64,000 nt of DNA, from assembly GCA_038845975.1 (NCBI GenBank), contig JAWBQF010000003.1:1-64000 (forward strand). The letters are read 5' to 3'. The position numbers and the translations under genes were made by a program. Positions 54,660-64,000 of this stretch are shown here, in pieces; within the stretch, counting starts at the first letter, position 1; each line of letters opens with the position of its first letter. The notes beneath the pieces were generated by a model. That model searched no databases, was not told where the DNA came from, and was given only the letters and a program-made list of their open reading frames with translations. Origin of the DNA: Candidatus Methanomethylicia archaeon (GTDB lineage: Archaea; Thermoproteota; Methanomethylicia; CALHIW01).

Positions 54660-55469
54660 TTATGGGGCTATTCCAGTAAACTTTCTTGGCTTCATTTTCT
54701 TCTTTTCAAGAAAGTCTCTACATCTTTCTCTAAACTCTTCAGATAGCCAAACCATTGATGTTATGTCTCTTGCTAGCTGCCAGTTAAGCATTGCTAGATC
54801 CGTCCAGAACTTTAATCCAGACTTAATGACACGAAATGCCTGTGGACTTTTCCCATTAATTATTTCTATAGCTAGCTTTCTAGCTTCATTCTCAACATCA
54901 ACATCATCTACAACCCTATTAACCAATCCAAACTGGTAGGCTTCACTTGCTGAAAGTATTCTTCCCGTGAAAAGTATTTCTCTTGCTCTTTTCTCACCTA
55001 CAACTAATGGCAGTAGCTGAACAGCTCCTCCGAGAGCTGTTGCACCTACGGTTGCTTCAGGTTGTCCTAGTCTTAGAGATTTACCTGCAACAACTAGGTC
55101 GCACATCATTGCAAGTTCATGTCCTCCAGCTACACATACACCCTTAATAGCCGCTATTACAGGCTTACCTGTCCCTTTTATAAGCTCCATGATCCGCCAA
55201 AATGCCTCCATCCATCTAACTCCCTTTTCAAAGTTCATTTCAATAAGCTCCTTAACATCAGCTCCAGCACAGAAATTGCTACCTGTGCTTGTAATGATTA
55301 TTGCATGTATGTCATCATCTTTATCTGCATTTAGTAATGCATTGTAAAGTTCATTCATAACCTCCATACCTAAGACATTTAAACGTTCAGGATTGTTTAA
55401 TTTAATCCATAGAATCCTACCATCTATAGAATCCTTCTCAACAACAATCTTTTCATACATAACTACCAC
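54660..55469 (-). CDS. Crotonase-family enzyme (enoyl-CoA hydratase/ring-cleavage hydrolase-like)
   Basis: LNNPERLN, FCAGAD, KPVIAAI.G..VAGGHEL...CD, QPE..VG. Confidence 0.9.
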   Translation of the reverse strand: MVVMYEKIVVEKDSIDGRILWIKLNNPERLNVLGMEVMNELYNALLNADKDDDIHAIIITSTGSNFCAGADVKELIEMNFEKGVRWMEAFWRIMELIKGTGKPVIAAIKGVCVAGGHELAMMCDLVVAGKSLRLGQPEATVGATALGGAVQLLPLVVGEKRAREILFTGRILSASEAYQFGLVNRVVDDVDVENEARKLAIEIINGKSPQAFRVIKSGLKFWTDLAMLNWQLARDITSMVWLSEEFRERCRDFLEKKKMKPRKFTGIAP

Positions 55470-55537
55470 CTATGGTAACCCTCTCAAACACTTACTATTA
55501 AGAAATACTTAAACTTAACCAATACTCTATTTACATT

Positions 55538-55978
55538 GGCTTTGTTAACTTAAGCATGTTTATTACCTCTATTTTGTTTTGTGTTTCTATGAATTCTTAG
55601 CTTTATCTTCTTATTAATCCATATCTTGTTTAGCATGTATACTATTGATTTTATAAGCATTAATACATGTTCCTATATTCTTCATATGGTATGTAGTTAT
55701 CGAATAGTTTATCTATCTAATATACTGTATTATTCCATCCATTAATTCTAACTTCTAAACTATATCATGTTTTAAGTTTAATATTCTACATGATGCTTAT
55801 AGTATTGAGCTTCATCACTTAATACAATTATATTTGAGCCATAGATAGCTCTAATCCTTTAATGTTATTGATGTAAGTATATTCGTAACATCACAACCCG
55901 TACGTATAGAATCCCTAACAATAGCTCAGCAACATAAATAACCCTACTATTAGAACAATTATAATAGTATCATCAACC
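55538..55978 (-). mobile_element. Truncated decayed IS6-family copy
   Basis: Starts GGCTTTGTTAACTTAAGCATGTTT; colinear with 32244-32716, then stops. Confidence 0.85.
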
Positions 55979-56131
55979 AAAGGGGTGAACTTCTCAGTAT
56001 TCTTAGTAGGGTTTAGCAATTCTACCACTTATAATGTGGTTAATCTTTATCCATATAGTTTAGCATGTTGTAAAGTCTTGCAAATTATAGAAATGTTTAA
56101 AACCATTAAGAAATTTAGAAATGGTGACTCT

Positions 56132-56377
56132 ATGTCTGAGGAGAAGTTACCGATATCTGAGAAGCTTAAGATTCTACAGTATGAAAACATATTTAAGTCT
56201 AGTAAGTGGTGGGCTGCTGTAGTTCTTCTAGAAAGCTTCGGTAGGAGGCAGATTGCTCTATACTTATGGACGAGAAGGGGAAATCAATGGAAACGTAAAC
56301 AGAAATATGTAATACATAGTAAGGGGGAGTGGCTTCAGATAAGAGATACTATAGAGAAACTTATAGCTTCTATCTAG
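56132..56377 (+). CDS. 81-aa basic hypothetical protein (start re-placed at MSEEKLP)
   Basis: GGTGA RBS before ATG 56132; Trp/Lys/Arg-rich beta pattern; 9 nt upstream of the helicase. Confidence 0.75.
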   Translation: MSEEKLPISEKLKILQYENIFKSSKWWAAVVLLESFGRRQIALYLWTRRGNQWKRKQKYVIHSKGEWLQIRDTIEKLIASI

Positions 56378-56386
56378 TGGGCTGAA

Positions 56387-58231
56387 TTGGAGAGGAAGTA
56401 TATTCAGCATCCATTATTAAAGCCTGGAAGTGTTGAGAATAGAATCTACCAACATAGAATACTTGAAACAGCTAGAAGTAGAAATACTCTAGTAATACTT
56501 CCAACAGCTCTCGGTAAAACAGTTATAGCTATGCTTTTAGCATTGGAGAAGCTTAGTGAGGGTAAAGTGCTTTTTACAGCTCCAACAAGACCTCTTGTCC
56601 AGCAGCACTATGAGGTATTCACTAGTAAGACAAGACTTGACAGGAATGAATTAAGTCTAGTAACAGGAAAGATACCTCAGTATAAACGTATTCAGCTATA
56701 TAAATCTGGAAGAATTGTTTTCGCTACTCCACAATGTGTATTAAACGATCTTAAAGCCGGGGTATTAAGTCTAAAGGATTTCTCTCTAGTAGTATTTGAC
56801 GAGGCTCATAGAGCTAGAGGAAACTATGCCTATGTTGGTATAGCTTCAATGTATGTTAAGCAATGTAGTAAACCGTTAATACTTGGACTAACAGCTTCAC
56901 CTGGCGGATCTGAAGATAAAATAATACAGATATGTAAGTATCTATGTATTGAAGCTGTAGAGTATCGTTCAGATGATGATCCTGATGTAAAGCCATATAT
57001 ACAGCCAATAGATGTTCAATGGTTTAGAGTAAGGCTACCTGAAGAATATGTAAAGATTAGAAGTAGGCTTAGAGAAATATTGATAGAGAGAATTAAGTAT
57101 TTACAATCCATGGGTGTGTTAACATTTAAGGAGCCTGCATTCATAACAAAGAAGGATCTTGTTAATTTAAATATGGAGCTTGAGAGAAAGCTTGGTGAAG
57201 GGAGAGGAGGATACCTATACGAGATTAAAATTCAAGCTACAGCTGCATTAAGCATAGCACATATGATTGAACTTATAGAAACTCAAGGTCCTGAAACATT
57301 AAAGGCATTTATAGATAGAACTCTTACAAGCATGGTTGAAGAGGGAAGTAGAGGACATCAATACATAGCTAATCATCCCCTATTCATAGAGGCAAGAATA
57401 TATACAAGTCAAAGCCTATCACTACCAAATCCTAAAATAGAGAAGCTTAAAGAACTGGTAATAGAACAGTTTAAAACAAATCCAGAATCAAGAATAATAG
57501 TGTTCACACAGTATCGTGATACTGTTAGTATGATTTTAAGTAGGCTTAAAGATATTGTAGATGTTAAGGCAGCTCGATTTATAGGTCAAGGATTTAAGGA
57601 TGGAGACCCGGGAATGAATCAGAAGCAACAGTATGAAGTAATACAGAAGCTTCGAAGTGGAGAAGTTAATGTATTGGTTGCTACAAGTATAGCTGAGGAG
57701 GGGCTAGATATACCTGAAGTAGACCACGTAATATTCTATGAGCCTGTTCCAAGCGAGATAAGATATATACAGCGTCGCGGAAGAACAGGGAGGAAAGTAG
57801 CTGGTAAAGTATCAATAATAATGGCTGAGGGAACACTCGATGAAGTTTTCTACTGGTCAACAATAATGAAAGTTAAGAAAATGAGGAGAATTGTAAAGCA
57901 AATCAATAAAAAACTAGAACAACTTAAAAAAGAGAAACAGGTAGAATTAAGAATCAATGAGAAGCAGCTAGAGTCAGTAAGGGAAATTCAGCCAGTTAGA
58001 GAACAGATTAAGTACTTCATACCTGAACGCATAGAAGCCAAAGGGCTAAGTAAAGTGTTAAGATGGCTAATGGAGAACCTCCCTCTAAAACCAACACCAG
58101 TAGAGGATATTGTAAAGATAGCTACTGAAACATTAGGATTCAGTAAAACACAAGTAGAAACAGCAATATGGCGACTAATACAGCAAGGAATACTCTACGA
58201 GCCCAAGCCAGGAGTAGTAGCAAGACCATAA
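56387..58231 (+). CDS. Hef/FANCM-like SF2 helicase without a C-terminal nuclease domain
   Basis: R.YQ, LPTALGKT, DEAHRA.GNYAY, LTASPG, FTQYRDT, ATSIAEEGLDIP, QRRGRTGR; short wHTH-like tail. Confidence 0.9.
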   Translation: MERKYIQHPLLKPGSVENRIYQHRILETARSRNTLVILPTALGKTVIAMLLALEKLSEGKVLFTAPTRPLVQQHYEVFTSKTRLDRNELSLVTGKIPQYKRIQLYKSGRIVFATPQCVLNDLKAGVLSLKDFSLVVFDEAHRARGNYAYVGIASMYVKQCSKPLILGLTASPGGSEDKIIQICKYLCIEAVEYRSDDDPDVKPYIQPIDVQWFRVRLPEEYVKIRSRLREILIERIKYLQSMGVLTFKEPAFITKKDLVNLNMELERKLGEGRGGYLYEIKIQATAALSIAHMIELIETQGPETLKAFIDRTLTSMVEEGSRGHQYIANHPLFIEARIYTSQSLSLPNPKIEKLKELVIEQFKTNPESRIIVFTQYRDTVSMILSRLKDIVDVKAARFIGQGFKDGDPGMNQKQQYEVIQKLRSGEVNVLVATSIAEEGLDIPEVDHVIFYEPVPSEIRYIQRRGRTGRKVAGKVSIIMAEGTLDEVFYWSTIMKVKKMRRIVKQINKKLEQLKKEKQVELRINEKQLESVREIQPVREQIKYFIPERIEAKGLSKVLRWLMENLPLKPTPVEDIVKIATETLGFSKTQVETAIWRLIQQGILYEPKPGVVARP

Positions 58232-58315
58232 CATAATTTAGAGTATTACATAATCTATGAAGCTACCGCTACTAAGATAAGTTGCCTACTAATCCTAAAC
58301 GTTAAGTCTATAACT

Positions 58316-59113
58316 CTAATTAGCGTTAATATTAAAGGTAGATAATGCTTTCAATCCCTCCTCCTCCATGAAGTGAAGCTTAGGAGAGGTCAATACTAGT
58401 GTATGTGGTCCTCTATGTTTAGGAAGTGTTTTCAACTTCTTTAAGCTATTAAAACATATTCTCTGATTAGATCCACCCAGTCCCGATATCGCTACTGCTT
58501 TCCTCTCCTCATTTACTATTTTCTCCCCCCTCTTCTCTTCAAGTTTGAGAAGTATATCCACAGCATCACTAATACTCATAACTATGTTGTTTTCAAGATC
58601 TACTTCTAAAAGTAGAATTGTATGTAAGTTTCTCAAATCATTATCCTTAATTACATCATAAGGATAATCAGATAGAAAACCCTGTTTAGGATATGTTAGA
58701 GTAGTAACTTTACCTATTTTATACACCATTAATCCAGACATGCTTAAAGCGTTAGGTATTATTCCTGGAGCTGGTATAATTTCAAACATTATATTTCTAC
58801 GATATGCTTCAACAATAAGTGACACATGGGTTGTAGCATCCAACGGATTTCCTGGAACTATTAGTGATACATTCAATCCTTGAAGAACAGGTTTAAAAAG
58901 AACCTCCTCAAATCTCTCCTCCAAATCTACTCTACGAAGCTTATAGATTCTTCTACCAATAATATCCTCTAAATCTGAATTACAAAGCATACTTGTATAG
59001 GAATCCATGAAGATAATATCGCTGTTTTTAAGTGTTTTAATACCTCTTAATGTTATTAGATCTGATGATAATCCAGCACCAACTATGTAAAGTTTCCCAC
59101 CCATTACTATCAC
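58316..59113 (-). CDS. dph5: Diphthine synthase
   Basis: LYIVGAGL, DSYTS, PG.PL.ATTH, YKIGK..T, LHT.LLL, PHTLV...LHFME.E. Confidence 0.9.
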   Translation of the reverse strand: MIVMGGKLYIVGAGLSSDLITLRGIKTLKNSDIIFMDSYTSMLCNSDLEDIIGRRIYKLRRVDLEERFEEVLFKPVLQGLNVSLIVPGNPLDATTHVSLIVEAYRRNIMFEIIPAPGIIPNALSMSGLMVYKIGKVTTLTYPKQGFLSDYPYDVIKDNDLRNLHTILLLEVDLENNIVMSISDAVDILLKLEEKRGEKIVNEERKAVAISGLGGSNQRICFNSLKKLKTLPKHRGPHTLVLTSPKLHFMEEEGLKALSTFNINAN

Positions 59114-59664
59114 TAGTAATTAACTACTTCAAATTTACCTTGTAAAGATATATATTTAGCTATTGTCTATCTAGTGAATGATATAGTTCTGCTAGCCCTC
59201 AGCCATCACTGTACTCTTCATAAATATTTAATGATTAGTTCCTACAGATTATAATAACTATAGTATTATGCTGGTTAAGATAATATTGATAGCCATTATT
59301 CACTAGAATATAAGGGCTATAATTATAGATATTATGAATAAGAAGGATTTAAGACTAACTATAGATATCCGGAGATGCTAGCTCTACTTTAATTAACTTA
59401 GTAAGGATGGCTTATGAGATAAGGTTCATAGCATCTCTAATGTTAAATAAAATTATTTAATGATTAAATATAATGCCTAAAGGAACTATCCACATTATAA
59501 CTATTAGATAGATATTTAGACTTAGTTAAGGAGGATTTATTACACTAGAAATGTAAATTCCCCCATATTGTGTAGATATATAATTCAGCTATAATCTTCA
59601 TAAGCTTTCTATCTTATACATGGAAACATTAACATCATTATGTACTTCGGAGTTGTTTATGATG

Positions 59665-60261
59665 CTAGCCTAGTCCAAGTTGATATGCTTCCATTCTGAT
59701 ACTTGATAATTCCTCTAGAACTTCATCTATTGTTGGAGGGATATAATCAGCTGATATAGGGTAATTAAGATCCTCCGCTATGAGCCCAGCTGGAAGCTTT
59801 AAATGGAAAACAATAGAATTATATGCTCTAGGTATTGTTTTCATAATCTTCTCAAGTAATCTAACCTCACCGTTTGATAATTCATTTTTAACTATTTTTT
59901 CTCGAATAGCTAGTATTACTGTCATACTTATAATGTCAAACTTATCAGCTATATCAATTAGCTTATCATCCCCTATTCCATATCGATAATGGAGGTCTTC
60001 ATAGAGACGATGAAGATTCTCAAGACTTACTTCTAAAATACCTATCTCATATAAAGCAGTAATATTATCCCCACCTCTTAAATTATTTAAAACAGATCGA
60101 GTCATACTGCATGCTCTTAGAGCTTCATCATGTAAAAGCGCAACATCACGCTTAAAACACCAATCCGTAGACCGATAAATAGTAAATAGTTGATAAACAA
60201 GAATAATATTAATCAAAATGGAAAAAACAAGAATGATTTTAAAGATTCTAATATGAGCCAT
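59665..60261 (-). CDS. Hypothetical protein with N-terminal membrane anchor
   Basis: 198-aa ORF, hydrophobic residues 5-28, helical remainder. Confidence 0.7.
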   Translation of the reverse strand: MAHIRIFKIILVFSILINIILVYQLFTIYRSTDWCFKRDVALLHDEALRACSMTRSVLNNLRGGDNITALYEIGILEVSLENLHRLYEDLHYRYGIGDDKLIDIADKFDIISMTVILAIREKIVKNELSNGEVRLLEKIMKTIPRAYNSIVFHLKLPAGLIAEDLNYPISADYIPPTIDEVLEELSSIRMEAYQLGLG

Positions 60262-60270
60262 ACATTTACC

Positions 60271-61443
60271 CTACTTTATTGTTATACTAAATGTTCTTGC
60301 TGGAAAATCTATCCAGTGAGATACGAGATATCCTCCTTCATATTGATGTATAATAACGTTTCCCCAAATCGTGAAGGTATATGTTGTCTGCACATCACCT
60401 AAATCTTGCATTTGCCATCTTACACCAACATCCCTAGGTCTATTATTATTTAGAGAACCGAGAATTTCATTCCATCCTAAATAATCAGGATACTGTTTTC
60501 TCGGACCATAATTATACCAGCTTAAATCATGATCACCCTCATAGGTCTGAGCTCGTGTTTGAGCCCATGAAACAGTAATAGATATAAGCCCAATATTTGG
60601 AATGTATAAGTAAAGTGGAATGGAAACAGCATCCTTATCCGATTCTGGGTAAGGATCAGTAGGATTAAGAAGTGAGCTACTTGTTAATATGTATACTTTA
60701 AATGCGTTTCCTTGCCATATCATAGGCTCCCCCTCAGGGTAAGGCCATTGCTGAGTTGTTAAAAATTCAGCTCTAAAATATTTTGAGCTTCCTCTTTCCA
60801 ATTCATTATAATTTTCACCAGGTCTTATTTGCCCGAATACATCCATGTATATTTTCCAGAGTGTATTTCCTTCTTTACCTTGAATGTAGCCAAATCTTCC
60901 ATATTCTGCCTCTCCACTCTGTGTTGCCGTTTGCTGTAGCTCTTTGATGATTTGATGCTTATATAGTTCTTGTTGTTCTGATGTTTGTAAGTCTTTATTC
61001 TCCTCTATTATTCTTGATTCTATTAGTTTTCTTGATGCTTCTCTATGTATTTTTATTGCTTTCTCCTTATTTTTTAATGCTATGAATGATGATACATCCC
61101 TTATTAATCCTGATATTCCATCACTATATATTGATATGATTATTTTATTATCTTTTGATTCCATTATTTTAATGTCTTTATGAGTTTCAGCTTCAATACA
61201 TTTTGATTCATATGTTTCACCTAGATTCTCAAAAACAATCCTAACATAGACTTCATCCCCACTTATATTACCCAAATAAACCTTAACATCATCAACTACA
61301 CTAGGACCAATAAAGGCAACACCATAAAAAACATTTTCCTCAGCCATAATAACTGGTAAAGCAATATTTAGCGAAAGCATTAAAAGAATAACCACAGCTA
61401 AAACCCTAACCATAACACCACCAAACAAACATAGCAGAACCAA
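60271..61443 (-). CDS. Hypothetical secreted protein
   Basis: Signal-peptide-like N-terminus (likely start at MVRVLAVV after GGTGGTG), charged linker, aromatic beta-rich C-terminal half. Confidence 0.75.
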   Translation of the reverse strand: MVLLCLFGGVMVRVLAVVILLMLSLNIALPVIMAEENVFYGVAFIGPSVVDDVKVYLGNISGDEVYVRIVFENLGETYESKCIEAETHKDIKIMESKDNKIIISIYSDGISGLIRDVSSFIALKNKEKAIKIHREASRKLIESRIIEENKDLQTSEQQELYKHQIIKELQQTATQSGEAEYGRFGYIQGKEGNTLWKIYMDVFGQIRPGENYNELERGSSKYFRAEFLTTQQWPYPEGEPMIWQGNAFKVYILTSSSLLNPTDPYPESDKDAVSIPLYLYIPNIGLISITVSWAQTRAQTYEGDHDLSWYNYGPRKQYPDYLGWNEILGSLNNNRPRDVGVRWQMQDLGDVQTTYTFTIWGNVIIHQYEGGYLVSHWIDFPARTFSITIK

Positions 61444-61626
61444 TATATATTACTGCTAAAAATATTCCTAATAGAATCAAACAATAAATTGATGTATTAA
61501 ACATCTATATACTCTAAGTTTACAGCTAACAAGCTCTGTTAATCTTAGAAACTCGTGAGGAATAATATGAGCTAGAATTCAAGCTAGACCACGTAAAATA
61601 TTTAAGTTTTGGCTTAATTGTGATTT

Positions 61627-61998
61627 ATGTCTAATAGTGATGTTTTAATAGCAACTGCTGAAGAGGTTTTAAAGTATGCTGAAGAAGAATTTGAGAAAGC
61701 CATTAAATTAGGTGATATGCTACTTTATAGGAATGCTGCTGATAAGGTATTTCTATCTATAGTTATAGCTGTAAACTCATATGTTAATCGTAAGCTTAAC
61801 ATAATTCCTAAATCACATAGTGAACGTAGATCCCTACTTAGAAAAATGGAGAGGGAAGATCTTAGAGCTGCTTACAGCGATTTGATGAAAACTCTTCATG
61901 AAGAAGCCTTCTATGAAGGCATCTATAACCCTGAAGAAGTTAAATACGCTATAAGCCTAGCTAGAAAGATTCTGAAGGAAATTAAAAACTCATTCTAA
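61627..61998 (+). CDS. PaREP1/HEPN-family protein
   Basis: YRNAADKVFL, PKSHSERR, LHEEAFYEG. Confidence 0.75.
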   Translation: MSNSDVLIATAEEVLKYAEEEFEKAIKLGDMLLYRNAADKVFLSIVIAVNSYVNRKLNIIPKSHSERRSLLRKMEREDLRAAYSDLMKTLHEEAFYEGIYNPEEVKYAISLARKILKEIKNSF

Positions 61999-62063
61999 AT
62001 CTATTAATTAGTTAATAATTATTAGGTCATAAATTCTTTAACTTCTTCAGAATTTAAGGTCTA

Positions 62064-62235
62064 GCCGAATGGTAAATAGTTGTAGGTGGAAATGATATTA
62101 GCCAAAATGAAAAGTTGAGAATGATTAAGATTCTAATATGAATCATATATCTATCCTGCTTTATTGTTATACTAAATACTTAAGAGGGTTTATCTAGTAG
62201 GGTATAAATACTCCTATTGATTATGGTAACGTTTA
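62064..62235 (-). repeat. Degenerate copy of the 60170-60362 gene junction
   Basis: gtaaatagttg...aagattctaatatga..cata...ctttattgttatactaaat...aacgttt shared with 60181-60362. Confidence 0.75.
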
Positions 62236-62236
62236 A

Positions 62237-62280
62237 GGACCTGCAACTTAATAAGAAAGCTACAATAGCTAAGTTATCAC
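62237..62280 (+). repeat. ~45-bp inverted-repeat mini-element, copy B
   Basis: GGACCTGCAACTTAATAAGAAAGCTACAATAGCTAAGTT. Confidence 0.7.
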
Positions 62281-62439
62281 ATTCACTATAACTATAGTAA
62301 CAATTTTATTTTTGGTTAGCCTTCAAAAGTTTAAGAAATAATTAATGGATCTATAGACTAACAGAAGGACAGTTGACAAGTCAAACCCTTACAAGGTATA
62401 GATCCCAGTTCATTTTTGGATAACTCCATTCGAAAACTA

Positions 62440-62859
62440 TTAAATTAATTCAACACCGTATCTTTTACCTTCCTTTTTAAGCTCTGAATCAAAAGTAAAA
62501 AGATGTGTCTTTCTCCTTTTAGCAATGGAGAGAATTATTTTATCGTTGAATTTTTTGAAAGAAAGTTTTTCTGAAAGAACAGAAATGCAAGCAGAGCTTA
62601 AGTCACTTCTTTCAATACTAACTATTTCTATTCTTTTACTCTTTAAAATTTCATCTATTTTCTTCCCTATAATTTCTCTTTTTAAATTAAGTTGATTTAA
62701 AACTAAAACAAATTCTTCTATTACTACAGAAGGAATTAGCCATCTATCCAGTTTATCTAAAGTTTTCTTAGCTTCTTCGTGGAAAACCGAATCTTCAATT
62801 GTGTCGTACACTAACACATTAGTATCAATTAATGCCTCCACTTTATTACTTCCTCCCAT
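62440..62859 (-). CDS. PIN-domain (VapC) toxin; start probably at the GTG of VEALID
   Basis: LIDTNVLVY, VIEEF, FNDKIIL, LFTFD. Confidence 0.88.
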   Translation of the reverse strand: MGGSNKVEALIDTNVLVYDTIEDSVFHEEAKKTLDKLDRWLIPSVVIEEFVLVLNQLNLKREIIGKKIDEILKSKRIEIVSIERSDLSSACISVLSEKLSFKKFNDKIILSIAKRRKTHLFTFDSELKKEGKRYGVELI

Positions 62860-63068
62860 CCCTTTTCAATTAATTTCTCAATCTCTTCTGGTTTAAGCTT
62901 TTTTCCTATTTTGATAGTGGTTCTTTTTTGTTCTTTTTCTAAAACTTCTCCCTTTAATTTTTGGTTAATTAGAAGCGAAAGCTTCCTCGTACTTCCATAC
63001 TTTTCTAAAGCTTCCTTTACAAGCTGCTTGTACAGCTCATCTTCCAGGATTATAGTTGTTTTTACCAT
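62829..63068 (-). CDS. RHH-like antitoxin (VapB)
   Basis: KTTIILEDELY..L; directly upstream of and overlapping the PIN gene. Confidence 0.8.
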   Translation of the reverse strand: MVKTTIILEDELYKQLVKEALEKYGSTRKLSLLINQKLKGEVLEKEQKRTTIKIGKKLKPEEIEKLIEKGWEEVIKWRH

Positions 63069-63116
63069 ATAGACATTTTATTTCTGTAAATATATAAATT
63101 TTACGTTTTAGAATTA

Positions 63117-63164
63117 GACATTGCAACTTAACATGTTATAGCTTTCTTCCTAAGTTACCAGTCC
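63117..63164 (-). repeat. ~48-bp inverted-repeat mini-element, copy C
   Basis: Reverse complement GGACTGGTAACTTAGGAAGAAAGCTATAACATGTTAAGTTGCAATGTC. Confidence 0.7.
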
Positions 63165-63306
63165 TAGATTATTTTACTTCATTTTGTAAATTATTTCTAT
63201 GGAAATATCGGAAATTTTTGGAAAATTAGTTAGCATCTCACTTTCAAAGGAATTAATTCCTCTTTAATTTTTGAAGTTATCCACAAAAATTTAAGGATTT
63301 AATAAA

Positions 63307-63660
63307 GGGTCATCTGGAAAGCTCTTAGTAGTGTTATTATGCATGCTATTTGTATGAATGTTGATGCTAGTCTTTCATGTCTTATTGTTATTTTCTGAAT
63401 GATGTCATCTGCAAGAATCTTTTAACAGTGTTTCTCATATGCTTGTATGTCTTTCTATCAAGCCCATATGGTCTTCCACGCTTAGGTTTATGTCTCAGGT
63501 TAGTTTTTATATTGTTTTATTCCTCTACGCTTAAGATATGCTCTAATCCCTTGTATGCTAAGTCTCCTACAGCTTCTTTAGACTGCTTATAGGTCTATCT
63601 CTACCATGCTTAACTCTCACATCTTCTAATAGAGATATGAAGTGTTGGAATCATTCTCAT
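63307..63660 (-). mobile_element. IS5-family transposase remnant (C-terminal part)
   Basis: Broken frames EAVGDLAY, IRAYLKRRGIK, KRGRP..LDRKTYKHMRNTVKRF, SFRKITIRHERLA; ends agagctttccagatgaccc. Confidence 0.7.
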
Positions 63661-64000
63661 TACCTGAGTACTTCTTCAAGCTCTTGTTTAAGCTCTACTT
63701 CATCCATAATTCAAAGTTAACAAGAAGAAATTTAAGCTTACTGGAGCATAATGAAAACATTCTTCACACAATTTTAAGTGTATATATTAATGATTGCGTT
63801 TCCAAATCATAAACTTTCCATTTCGTAATTCTCTTACTATCCCCATCCTTCCTCTGCATGCTGAAGAAGTTCTTTATCTATGAGCTTGGATGAAGCAAGG
63901 CGAGGCTCTTCGTAATTTAGATAGTTGATTTGAAGAGTAAGCATTTCAAAAGCTGATGAAGAGACCTGAAATACAACTCATACCATTAAACAAATGATAG

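Noticed and set aside
55985-56131. N-terminal part of the 130-aa ORF
   Set aside because: Promoter-like DNA next to an IS remnant; the RBS supports a start at 56132
1-64000. CRISPR array, tRNA or rRNA genes
   Set aside because: No regularly spaced repeats and no GC-rich structured segments seen by eye; a tRNAscan/Infernal run would be needed to exclude small ncRNAs

Overview
AT-rich archaeal chromosomal segment, most consistent with an anaerobic thermophilic Thermoproteota lineage (Methanomethylicia/Culexarchaeia/Bathyarchaeia-like; inferred from tetraether synthase, GGR, Dph5, NOG1, MtaA-family methyltransferase, TATA/BRE promoters). Housekeeping content: copA-arsC-sufS-cysteine synthase, a glycogen cluster, hisHAFI, tes, moeA, GGR, a CoA-transferase pair, a Hef-like helicase and dph5. 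These are separated by long intergenic stretches full of decayed IS6/IS5 elements, pseudogenes and toxin-antitoxin modules. The most notable locus (18.8-25.2 kb) encodes a two-subunit heme-copper oxidase with gNOR-type substitutions (Asp in place of a His metal ligand, no cross-link Tyr, CuA-less subunit II). It is transcribed divergently from a Cys-rich DUF166-like gene off a symmetric promoter centred on CGAA-N4-TTCG, 8 nt from a TATA box on each strand. Near-matches at the same spacing precede a ferredoxin-hemerythrin-M24-DUF59-SRPBCC operon and an MtaA-like gene, and a Cys-containing HTH_10 regulator lies in the window: a candidate NarO-like NO/redox regulon. Other oddities: a ParB/SerK-like-cysteine synthase fusion, a LysW-like protein with a non-canonical tail, a 20-aa Lys/Glu peptide with full expression signals, and a ~45-bp inverted-repeat element that brackets a vapBC pair. 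No rRNA, tRNA or CRISPR array was seen. All family assignments are from motif recognition, not database searches.
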